Source: a virus (Duplodnaviria > Caudoviricetes). From it: 35,546 nucleotides of DNA. Position numbers and translations under genes: made by a program. Of this stretch, positions 11,101-20,300 are shown in pieces. The stretch covers positions 1-35,546 of IMG/VR virus record IMGVR_UViG_3300032295_002537. One strand, written 5' to 3'. Numbering within the stretch: the stretch's first letter is position 1; the number at the start of each line of letters is the position of its first letter. Under the pieces are notes generated by a model. It saw only the letters and a list, made by a program, of their open reading frames with translations, was not told where the DNA came from and searched no databases.

Positions 11101-12683
11101 TCTTGGCCGTCAATTTTTAATTGTTCCCCGATAACAAAATTACCAGAAACTTGATATAAAACTATTTGATTTTGATTTGTAACATTTGAAACTAAATATC
11201 CAGATGCTGAACTATTTTTACCTTCAATGAATGATGGTTTAGATAAAGTTACTGTAGTATTCAGTTGCAAATATGTGTAGGTTTGTAAATCAAAAACAGA
11301 TCCTTCAAAGACAGTAGTAGCGTCTTCATACGAATCATTTTTTAATTTTAAATCATAAACTCTACCAACTCCTATTGGAATACCTGCAGAAAGTCCTGGA
11401 GTTACTGTTCTTTGAGAAAATAAAGTTACCTGACTAGTTGTACCAAATCCTACAGGAATAGTTCCATAAACATTATTGAGTTCAACTTGATTACCTAAAC
11501 TAAATGGAATTGTAGTGTCTTTAACAATTTCAGTAGTTCTTGGTTTTTCCAAATCTGCGTTTACAGTTATGAGAGTTTCTACCTCATATCCTTTAACATA
11601 TGCTTTTCCTGGAGAAATTTGTAAGGTTAATAGATTATCTGAGGGCGTATTTCCTTGTTTTGTTAATTGTCCTGGATTATAAACACCATTATTTCCTATC
11701 TTATTGTTTAACGATTCTTTAGCAATTACACTAAAAGGTTTTACATAGTAATCTCCAGATTCGTCATTAGTTCTTCTAGCTAGTTCATCAGAAACCAGAG
11801 ATGGAACATCCTCTTTTTTAGGAACTTTTTTAATAATTCCATTTTCAATCCTCAATAATTCTACAAAATTTTCGTCATTAAAATCATTTATGGATTTTTT
11901 TATTAATGTTGCTACAATTCTAAGTCTATCTGCGCCAGGAGCTGCAAAATTTGAGAATCCTCTTGCATTATCAAATAAATCTACATTGGCTTGAGATGGT
12001 ACAGCAATGTCTTCAAAAACTGATAATCCAATTCTATAGGAAGGTAGATTGCTATATTGATCTAATATTACTGTTTGTGGAAAAACATCTACAAAAAAGC
12101 CTCGTATAAAATAGACACCTTCTTCAATTTTAATAGCAGATCCTGTAGCAGTAGAATCTGATATAATAGAAGTAGCAAATGAGGATTCTAATCTAATAAC
12201 TCCCAACCCATAATCAATATTTTCCAATACAAGAAGGTTTTCTCCATCAGAAAATTTATTATTTGTAAAGTCTATCTCACTAGAACTTTGATATTTTATG
12301 TACAAAGTATAATTATTATTTTCCGACTCTTCGCCGGTAATATATCTTTCAATTTTTGCAAACACTCCACTGGACTCACCTTTTATTTGTTTGCCTACCA
12401 AGTAATCCAAATAAACGGATACTGGAATGCCTAGGTGAGTTGGATCTATTTGAACGCAGGTATATTCCGAGTCATATGCAATATTCCCCGGAATTACTAC
12501 CTGACCTTCTTTGAAAAAATGTTTGCCAAACTTTTCAACCTGATTTTGTAAAATTGATTGAAGTGTTGTTAATTCTCTTGCTTGGATTGGAGTTCCTGGT
12601 TTAAATAAAACTCTTTGATAATTTTTTCTTGGATCAAAATCATCAAAGTATGGGGAAGTGTTTAGGTTAATATTTTGTGCCAT
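5169..12683 (-). CDS. VrlC-like / DUF4815 large baseplate-associated virion protein, 2504 aa
   Basis: N-terminal PYFDDFD...RVLFKPG.PIQARELTTLQSILQNQ, plus APGADR, LARRT.DESGDY and DPLAQSF motifs; position right after gp8. Confidence 0.85.
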   Translation of the reverse strand: MAQNINLNTSPYFDDFDPRKNYQRVLFKPGTPIQARELTTLQSILQNQVEKFGKHFFKEGQVVIPGNIAYDSEYTCVQIDPTHLGIPVSVYLDYLVGKQIKGESSGVFAKIERYITGEESENNNYTLYIKYQSSSEIDFTNNKFSDGENLLVLENIDYGLGVIRLESSFATSIISDSTATGSAIKIEEGVYFIRGFFVDVFPQTVILDQYSNLPSYRIGLSVFEDIAVPSQANVDLFDNARGFSNFAAPGADRLRIVATLIKKSINDFNDENFVELLRIENGIIKKVPKKEDVPSLVSDELARRTNDESGDYYVKPFSVIAKESLNNKIGNNGVYNPGQLTKQGNTPSDNLLTLQISPGKAYVKGYEVETLITVNADLEKPRTTEIVKDTTIPFSLGNQVELNNVYGTIPVGFGTTSQVTLFSQRTVTPGLSAGIPIGVGRVYDLKLKNDSYEDATTVFEGSVFDLQTYTYLQLNTTVTLSKPSFIEGKNSSASGYLVSNVTNQNQIVLYQVSGNFVIGEQLKIDGQDVSRTITGVRDYNLSDIKQVVGYVGSTTSFTADTVISAGIPISPQGTSFTISAGSGGISTVTTSASTFGVGINTGDILVYTKSGQIVPTYNRVTSVSASAKSITVQSTPSVVGVNSGGLPTTSTSISDLVKGIPTLLNTRESFLFAELTNSNIENVDVSEGEIVYRKSYSVNISSNGLTATLETDTNITLEQFDEEDYSLVFDDGTIEPLTSGQFTITSGRTLTLVNLSQNGPATLTATLRKRRLKSRKKIYNRCSVLDIRNSSTPSSGIGSTTISDGLTYNPYYGTRVQDERISLNVPDVIFVVGVFESSDSNDAELPKLELVNLNANILNAIRGEIIYGQTSNTMALFVATNGTNQVEFVYINENTFIPGEKILFYESNVTAEVSLLIEGDRNIVSDFIFESGQTPEIADYSSIRRKSGVTAPTKRLKVVYNNYYIDANDDGDFVTVSSYDRERYSTELPLISFYRASDIIDLRPRVSPYNSSITPYSPFEFDSRKFLPATNSTPYNFAKDKNLFLSYSYYLARIDKLYLNRYGEFFVSKGVPSLTPISPSVIENALEVATITMRPYVYNIGDVTVQLSSHKRYRMQDIARLEDRIRNIEYYTSLSLLETDTKNLTLRDSQTQLDRFKCGFLVDNFKSVNAGALGDPQHKCSIDTKEGLLRPQHYTTSIDLLLGSEAVIGASNLSNPDADLRFVKDLGSPNTVKVGDIVCLKYTDVEFLKNTFATRIENVNPFAVVNWIGAIELNPATDTWIETKGTKKTVDQEGNYTTTIQQLGVDTNTGLSPIDWGAWETTWTGTREIARQNMGSLYIGTNEISRSTHRGGFQKGRGIPETTTINYRDQYTNFTNVTTLTTTKQARQGIQYKVSERFDSVNLGTFVVSTEVIHIMRSRNIEFIAKRLKPKTRMYAFFDNVDMNKYIVPKLIEIQMESGTFVVGESVTGTVGTTSIRFRLSSPNHKYGPYNQPEQVYTVNPYSPTQTIPESYSTTSTVLNVDTASLELQSASGFYGHIITNMQLKGETSKAIAKVTNVRLITDASGTLIGSLYIPDSKLQSTPSFETGTKTFVLTTSATNSTIVGSTDSTADTKFTSSGTLNNTEEVTLRTRNANVERLNRTEERTLESQQTTLQAGTSFTNRTVTQTRWVDPLAQSFEVPDENGIFITKCDVFFKSKDTNSLPITMQIRTMQTGLPTQTIIPFGEVVLDPSQVQVSDDGKTPTTFTFPSPVYLESGNSYCVVLLSASNEYTVWISRMGEEDVTTLNLPESQKIVVSQQPLLGSLFKSQNGATWDPSQLEDLKLVLYRAKFFTGSSTVRFYNPKLDIGNNQVVTLRPNALDCISKSTLIGLGKSLTSSEVSGLTPGSPILQSNNSTFRSNLKSVVGSVGIGSTLSITSVGIGFTSAFKTYSNVNLVSITGSGFGAKVNLSVQNGVAIAATVSIGGTGYAYGDSLEVNYSQTDGLGDNLILTIPNNIGIISSFNSLLVDRVQGTLNQNSVDSLYYVGSGGTSLLSGASVTTINDLTDGLHFKVSHNNHGMYSLSDKVSLSGIEPDQKPETLKSSYNSTSTNNIVVSSVGIFTSFENIPVSSVNPGYILIDTEVISYTGVVTSTNSLTGIIRNIDNTISGSYGLEFPVFKYELNGVSLRRINKTHNLSDTNLITYPTDLDYYYVKVGMSSRGIDRTPGNALGYPALYFNDDKSCGSYDTVPLLGSPKGPKATQNIPFNIIRPNFQTLLPQKTSISAKARTFSGSSPDSNLTSFLDQGFVEVSLNDNNEFNSPRIICSQINEETYLSNFPGKKSFTMELTLSTEDEKVSPMIDLDRVNLITIANRINSKIEDYSTDPRVNSLTDDPTAATYLSNIVILDKVADNLKVFFDAFKHPTNDIRVCYRIFRADSPTTGQLWQLFPGYDNLDSNSQVINPSKNNGRPDKNVANSTSEDNYNSYEFTASNLPQFNGFQIKILMSGTNSAFVPKIRDFRVIGTI

Positions 12684-12688
12684 TTTTA

Positions 12689-14284
12689 TTAGAACTCCAA
12701 TACAATTTTAATGTCTTCCTTTTGACTGGCAGATCTAGGAATAGGTTGTCTATTATCTAAGTAAATAATATCCCCAGATTTTTTATTATACTCGGCAGAA
12801 GAAATGCCAGATACAAATTCTTGGCCTAACTGATATATTCTATTATTTATTGTGGTAGTTACGCCACTAAAACCTGAATTAATTGATAAAGTTGGGCCAA
12901 CAATTGAAGAACAATTAATTGTTAATCCATATCCAACATCCGGATTAGAAGTAAATGGAATAATTTTAAATCCAGTTTCACTTGAAGCTAATCCAGTGGG
13001 TTGATAGTATTTTAATACTCCCGTTATAGGATCCCATGAAGCAACAAATCCGATCGCAGTTGATCCCAATCCAACAGTTTGTTTAATAACGGAATCTACA
13101 CCATATGTTGTGTTAGTAGTTACTCCAGACAACTTTAAAGCATTCAATCCACTAACAACAGATGAATTTAAAAGTTGAACATTACTTCCTACTATTGTTG
13201 GATTTTTTAATATTCCAACTCTAGCAAAATCATTTCCCAAAATAATATCTGGATTACTCTCTAAAGTTTCATATCTAGAATATAATAGAACTCTATATGC
13301 ACCCAGTTCTCTATAAACATCATATCCATGTCCACCCTTTGGCGGAATAATAACATTGAAAGCTGCTATTGAAGTCGTTCCTATTCCAGTATTACTTAAT
13401 TGTCTTAATGGTCCGGTTATTTCAGACCCAGGCGCGCCAGGGTAAAATTCCACAGTTCCATATGTGTATCCCCTTCCACCATCGGTAACAAAAATTTCCG
13501 ATATCTTACCAAAAGAATCAATAGTTATTGTAGCTTTACCTCCAGATCCATCCCCTAGTATAGGAACATTTGAAAAAGAAGTTGAAATGGGTTGGTAATT
13601 AGAACCCCTATTATTAATTAAAACTACTTCAATTTTTCCATCAACTGCATTATTTTTTGTAGAAATTGATTCCCCAGAATTTCCCCAATCTTCAGGAACT
13701 GGTATATATTCAATAGAATCAAATTTAACTACTTCTGATGGTTTAATAGTATACAAATATTTCCAAATATATCCATCACCACTAGCACCAGCAGATCTCG
13801 CTTCTAAATCAATAAATGTCGGTTGATCAAAAGAGGGTCTTCCTTTTGGATTTTCCGGATCTGTTCCATTCTGTAAACAAACATAAACTCTTAAATCTTC
13901 ATTTATAACGTAATAATTTGCTTCATATAATCCCGTTTGCGAAGTAACAGGTGTTACATTAAATACATTATAATCATGTCTATACATTTCATAAGTATTT
14001 CCAGCAACCCAATTTATTTTTCTAACAAGTCTCCTCACGTCCTGATTTGTAATTTGTTTTAGAGATATAATACTTTCTTTGACTTGATACTCTTCTTTAA
14101 ATCCGTCTAAAGGAGATGGAGTATTTGAACTCCAAGTTAAAGATCCCCCAGCAGACGGATTATTACTATTAGGTAATCCAATAAAAGTATAGTATTTATT
14201 TGAAGTGTCACCTACCCCAGATACACTTTTTACAAAGTTTTCTGCATTTAAAACTCTAAATTGATCTGATATTATAGCTGGCAT
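12689..14284 (-). CDS. gp8: Baseplate wedge subunit gp8
   Basis: Motifs W..G..Y.MYRHDY, YYV.N....VY.CL.N, DGY.WKYLYTI, PP.GGHG and SGDIIYLDNR.PI.R...Q.EDIKIVLEF; T4-like synteny. Confidence 0.9.
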   Translation of the reverse strand: MPAIISDQFRVLNAENFVKSVSGVGDTSNKYYTFIGLPNSNNPSAGGSLTWSSNTPSPLDGFKEEYQVKESIISLKQITNQDVRRLVRKINWVAGNTYEMYRHDYNVFNVTPVTSQTGLYEANYYVINEDLRVYVCLQNGTDPENPKGRPSFDQPTFIDLEARSAGASGDGYIWKYLYTIKPSEVVKFDSIEYIPVPEDWGNSGESISTKNNAVDGKIEVVLINNRGSNYQPISTSFSNVPILGDGSGGKATITIDSFGKISEIFVTDGGRGYTYGTVEFYPGAPGSEITGPLRQLSNTGIGTTSIAAFNVIIPPKGGHGYDVYRELGAYRVLLYSRYETLESNPDIILGNDFARVGILKNPTIVGSNVQLLNSSVVSGLNALKLSGVTTNTTYGVDSVIKQTVGLGSTAIGFVASWDPITGVLKYYQPTGLASSETGFKIIPFTSNPDVGYGLTINCSSIVGPTLSINSGFSGVTTTINNRIYQLGQEFVSGISSAEYNKKSGDIIYLDNRQPIPRSASQKEDIKIVLEF

Positions 14285-14303
14285 TTTAAAAGAGACTTTT
14301 TTT

Positions 14304-14311
14304 TATTTAGT
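14304..14311 (-). promoter_or_regulatory. T4-type late promoter variant (ACTAAATA)
   Basis: In the short gp7-gp8 gap, about 20 nt before ATG 14284. Confidence 0.6.
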
Positions 14312-14317
14312 TATCTT

Positions 14318-17300
14318 TTATCGACTTATTATATTTCTAGTTCGTAAAATTTTCGGAGAAGACGATAATCCAGAAATTCCATTATTGTTAAAAATTTCAA
14401 AGGTTTTCGGATTTCCTAAAATTCTATTTTGATAATCATATATTTTAGCCCAACTATATCTTCCATAATAACCACTCGTGTTAATTCCCGTATTATTTTC
14501 CCCTCTGGCATAAACTTTAACATAATTATCTACCATAGGAGCAAAATTACACGTAACAGTTACTATACCTGAAGAAGGAGTGGTGACATGTTCAACCAAG
14601 TAAATTCCATCCAAAAATTGTGTCGCTACTCCAACAATAGAATTTGGATAGTTGGACATACCACCAAGTATAGTGGATATTCCAATTAAATTTCCTCCAG
14701 TTTGTACATTACTATCAGTAATAACAAAATAATCTCCCTTAGATAGTTGACTATTAGTAACCCCAAAAATATTTAAAGAAGAATAACCTATACCCAATGT
14801 ACTATTATCATATTGTTCAGATTTTAAAACAAAAGAAATCTTTGGAGAAGTTGTACCTATTCCAGGAGTTCCGCTAATAAATGTTTGAATGCCAATTATT
14901 ATTCCATGATCTCCCTCAACTTTAAATGATTTAATTAATTCAGTTGAGTATGTATCCAATTCAACTATTACTGGTGGAGGATTATTCGGATTATATCCAA
15001 ATCCAGGATTAACAACTTGTATGGAATTGACAATACCATTAACTACGTTAGAAACAGCCGTAGCCCTATTATACACTGGTTCCGAATGTATTGCGGTTGC
15101 ACCTACTCCAATAGCAATATACCTACCATCAGAACCAAGATTATCCACAAATATTACATCATTAATTATTTTTGTTTGCGATGTAGTTCTATAAATCCAA
15201 TTACTTAAATCAAAAGAATAGTATAGTTCTCCAGATGAAGTGGTTAAAACATAAAACCCATAATTGTAGTAAATATTTCGTATGTTCAGAACTCCAATAT
15301 TATTTGAAATAAGTTGATATGAAGTTCTATTAATAGATTGTAAAATTACTCCGTTATCGCCAACTATAATGAATTTTCCATTGGCATAAATTACCTTATT
15401 TAAATTAGTATTGACTGGAGAGGTCACAGACTCCCAAATAGTTCCATTATTAGATGTTCTAATAACACCATCGTTACCAACCGATACAAAATATTCCGTT
15501 CCGAAAACAACACTGTTTAAATTTGATAAAGTTTCAGAATATCTACTAACAAATGAATTTGTGCCAATTCCTCCTCCAACAAATATTGATCCTCCAGCTC
15601 CAACAGCTACCCAAGTATCAGTGAAACTGGAATATACAATTTGATTGAAAGTTCCCGTATAGCCACTACTTACTCTACTGACCGCACCAAAACCTGGAAT
15701 AGTATTTTCCTCCTCTAATGGAATTTGTTGCCAATTTGAAACAGTAGTTCCATAATCTGTGGCTTTTATAATTTGGCCCAAACTTCCTGCGGAGAACAAG
15801 AAATTGCTGGTGCCTACCCCAACAATCTCAATTGAATTAAAGTTTGAAGTTTGTCCAAATCCAACTGTACCAACCTGCCATGTTATTCCATCAGCACTTG
15901 TTGCATAAATTGAACTACTTCCCACAGAAACAAATCTATCTTTATATTTTATAGATTTTAAATCATAGGTAGTTGATAAACCAGTTCCACCAGTCCATGT
16001 AAAAATAGGATCTTTTTTATCAATAAAAGTTTCAGAAACAATCACTTTTGGAGATTGCGTATTAGCATATCCTATTCCACCATCTACTATATTAATAGAA
16101 GAAATTGATGATGATGTTGAAACAACAGCCTCAGTTAAACAGGGTTCAATAGTTCTATTTTCTACAATTATTAAGTCTCTTATATCCTCAGAAAGTTGAT
16201 CTACGTCAGAAAATAGTGGATATGCATTATCAACGTATATTGATGCATCATCTGGTTCAATTTTTTTAATAACAGTTGCAAAAGGTTTAATATTACTTTG
16301 TAGATTTGGTCTAGCCTTTGAATAAAGAGTGCCACTAATAACAGTATCTTGAACTTGTTTTTGCCAAGTTAATGGTCTAATTTTTGTCGGATCCGTAATA
16401 ATTCCAACGGAATAATAATTAAATGTTTCTAATTGATCCGAAGAAATAATTTTTTTAACAACTCTATCAAATTGAGAGATATCAAAAACATCTAGAGGAT
16501 TTTCTTGAATTGTTACTTTATCTCCAGGTTTAATAGTTTTTGGTGGATCTATTAATTCGACATCAACAGACGATCCCCTGTAATATAAAATAACGCATTT
16601 AGATCCAGATTTTGGAGCTTCTTTGAAAGTTATTCTACTTCCTGAGAATGTATATGATGTATTTGGAACTTGCAATACGTCATTTATGTATATAAAAATA
16701 TTATTACTTATATCTAAATCAGTTCCATCAGGAACTCTCAATCCTATAACTTGTCGTATACCATTTAAAGTTATCGCAAGTGTAAATTTTTTCCTAAATC
16801 CATTAAAAAATGATGAAATATCATCAAATCGTATAAATTGTCCGGGATAGAAACCAGTAAAACTATCTTTTTCTATTTGTTCAACTGTTAGGACAAATGG
16901 CATAAAGGAGGAACTGGTTGGAATTCCTATCGGAGTAAGTTTATCGCCAACTTTGTATCCAACTCCAGTATTATCAAATTTATAAGATATAATACTAGAT
17001 CCCATACCAACTTCCACAGTAAGTTTAGCTCCTTGTCCAACTCCAGATGTTCCACCGGTGTATCCAAGACTCAAATTACTATATCCCGTAGGTATACCAA
17101 TAACAACGTTAGGAATTGAGGTATTTGTATAACCTGTTCCAGCATTAACAATAGTAAATCCAGTAATAGTTCCTGCAGCGCTAACAGTTGCAGTGATACT
17201 AGCACCAAATCCAATAGTAGATGCAATACTGATAGCTGGGGAAGATCTATAACCAGATCCAGCACCAGTTAAAATAATATTGCTGATTGTTCCTCCAGAA

Positions 17301-20300
17301 GATACTACTGCTGATGCTGCTGCTCCAATTCTTGGATTATATCCATAACTAGTCGATATACCAACTTTTGATATTCTGCCAGAATTTGGTGTACCGGATA
17401 AAAATCTAATTACGTTCACACCCGAACCATCAACGGTATAATCAATCGTTGGATCCTGAAAAACATTATTAATTAAAATTATAGGATTATTGTTAATTTC
17501 TGTAGTATTATTAACGTTATTAAAAATTGTACTTGTAGTTTGTCCAGAAGATTTTATAGTAAATTCTGTAGCTGCAATACCAGTAAAAGATAAAGAAATA
17601 TCATCAAATAAAATATTTTTATCATTAGTGATTCCTGGATCAAATTTTCTACTAAAAGCTCTAGCGCTAAATATAGATCCAGTTTCCAGTCCTATCGGTC
17701 CTATTTTCCCATATGGAGCAACATCAAAATATATCACATCTTCAACAATATTAAAACTACCGTTTAAAACCGTAGACGATGCTCCAACAGTATGTGATGT
17801 TGCAACTGTACCAAAATATCCTCGAGCAACTTCTACTTGATTTGACGAAGTTATTCCAATACTTTTAACAGAAACAAGTTCATTATTAATATTAATTACA
17901 TCACGAATATTTAATGATGATATTCCCGAAGAAATACTTAGTATTGTTGTTGAAGCTGAGGAAACACTGGAAGCAAGAGAAACACTTAATGATTTTCTAG
18001 ATAGAGGTTTCTGTATTATCCCATCTATAGTAACTATTATACTAGCATTCGGTTCTTTATATGCAAGATTATGAATTCCAGTACCAACTTCGGTTAAAGT
18101 TAAAAATACGCTAGTAGATAATCCAGAAAGTTTAAATTGATTATCATTCAATTTATAAACAAATACTGTTGGTGGTAAAGACTTGGATCCAAGCTCTAAC
18201 GGAACAAATGATAAATTATCTTTAGAACCAGTTCCACCGATATAAGTACCAGCTATAGAAACTATAGAGTTGGAATTATATCCAGATCCACCATTTAAAA
18301 CCTTAACATAATTAATTAGACCATTATTATTTCTAGAAACATCAAAAGTAGCGCCAGACAAATCACTAGAGGGAACCGATGTATAACTTTGATTTGCCTG
18401 AGATGTTATTACTGTTGGGCCAGTTTTTGAAACTATAAAACTAAGATTATTTGTTGGAGTAGTTCCACCAAAATTTGTTCCCGCTATAGAAACTTGTTGG
18501 CCAACGTAGTAATTACTACCACCCTGTTTCAAGACTACTGAAGTGCTTATAGGAACACCAGAACCATTATAAGAAATCAATACATTAAATGTTGCATCCG
18601 TCCCCAGGCCAGTTGTATTTACTCCTATTACTTGAGTGTATTGAATAGTGCTGGATGGAGTTCCATTAGGAACAGTTCCAGAAACGCTAGTAGTTATTGC
18701 AACATCATATCCATTTTCAAGAATAGCAGTTCCAGAAAAATTATGTACGTTTAATAATACATCAAGTGGTCCGCTAACATATGAAGTTGTCGCTATACCT
18801 ACTGGTGTTCCACTACTATAAGTATAAATCAATTCCTGCCCAGATTGGAAATTATGGTTTTCAATCGTAAATGTATCAGTAAAAACATCAATACTACTAC
18901 CAGAAAATTCATGTTTGAATAAAGACGTTCCTTTATTTTTTAATTTAAAGGTAGTTAATCCAACCACTGAACCACCTCTAGTCAAAGATGGATATGTTAT
19001 TATGGGTGCAAAATCTGTACCCAATCCAATAATTGTTGTTATAATTCCAACATAATTACCAATTGATGATCTCACATCTGCACAGTCAGTAGTTCCATAA
19101 TTTTCCGTTGGTATGCCGGATAAACTGCTATTTCCAATTGCAACTGTCAAAATGCCAACTAATGTATTAATATTAGTTTGAACATCAGAACAAGAAGCTG
19201 GACTTGTATTAAATCCTGTCAATGGATCTGCAGTAATTGTAAGGTCTCTAACATTTAATTGATTTGTTATTGCTTTTTTCATATAATCTTTTGAAGATTC
19301 AAAGGCATAAATTGATTCTGATTCTTCACCCAAAAGACCTGTGGTTAAAGCTGCCCCTGCTCCAGTAAAGTATTTTTTCGTTGAGTATATAATATGTTGA
19401 TTTGTTCCATAAGATAGATCTTGGGCAACCGAATCAACAATATAACCCAAATCACGATAACATTTATTTCCGCCTGTCGTATAACTGCCGACATTTACTG
19501 AAGGTAACCCAACAGTTGACCCAAGAGAAATAACTGAAGTAATAATTCCTACTAGAGTAACGATGTTAAGTTGAACGTCAGTACAAGCGACAAGAGATGT
19601 GTTGAGGACTGTAGCTCCTATACCGTAAGTTGCAGGACCAGAAGTAATACCTACATCTTTTATTGTCAGTCCATTTCTAACTGCAGATCTCATTAAATCT
19701 CTGGCTTGACAGAAAGCAAAAACAGATTCAGCTTCTTCGCCAACTAATCCATTTGCAATTGGAAATCCATTATTAAAGTACTGTAGTGTAAATTCCCTAG
19801 AATAATTATTTCCTCCAGTGAATATATCAGTAGAAACTGCATCTACAAAATATCCAAGATCTCTTTTGCATTTGGAAATTGTTGTAGAAATTCCTGGATA
19901 TACTGTAAGTGTATTTGACCATGCAGTATCAACAATTTCTTGTTTATTTTGTTGAATTAATCTGTATCCATCATAGTATCTAGATCTTGGGTTAGTTTGT
20001 GCATCTCCAGGAAAATAAAAATCTGGAAATCCGATGGCAACAGAAGCCAAAGACTTGTCCAATATTTCTCTCTTATTTGCAAGAATTAAATTTCTAGCAT
20101 CTTTATACCTGTTACTATTAGGGTTAAGTGGGTCTGGTATTAAATCGAAATTGAATATTTGATCGACTGCAGATTGATATAAAGTTGGAGGAGTTTGATT
20201 GTTTATGACATACTGACTAATAAATTTAACATAATTATATGCAAATAAAGTTTCTTCAGTTTCATTAGCTACATATGACACACCTGCATCCCAATAGTAT

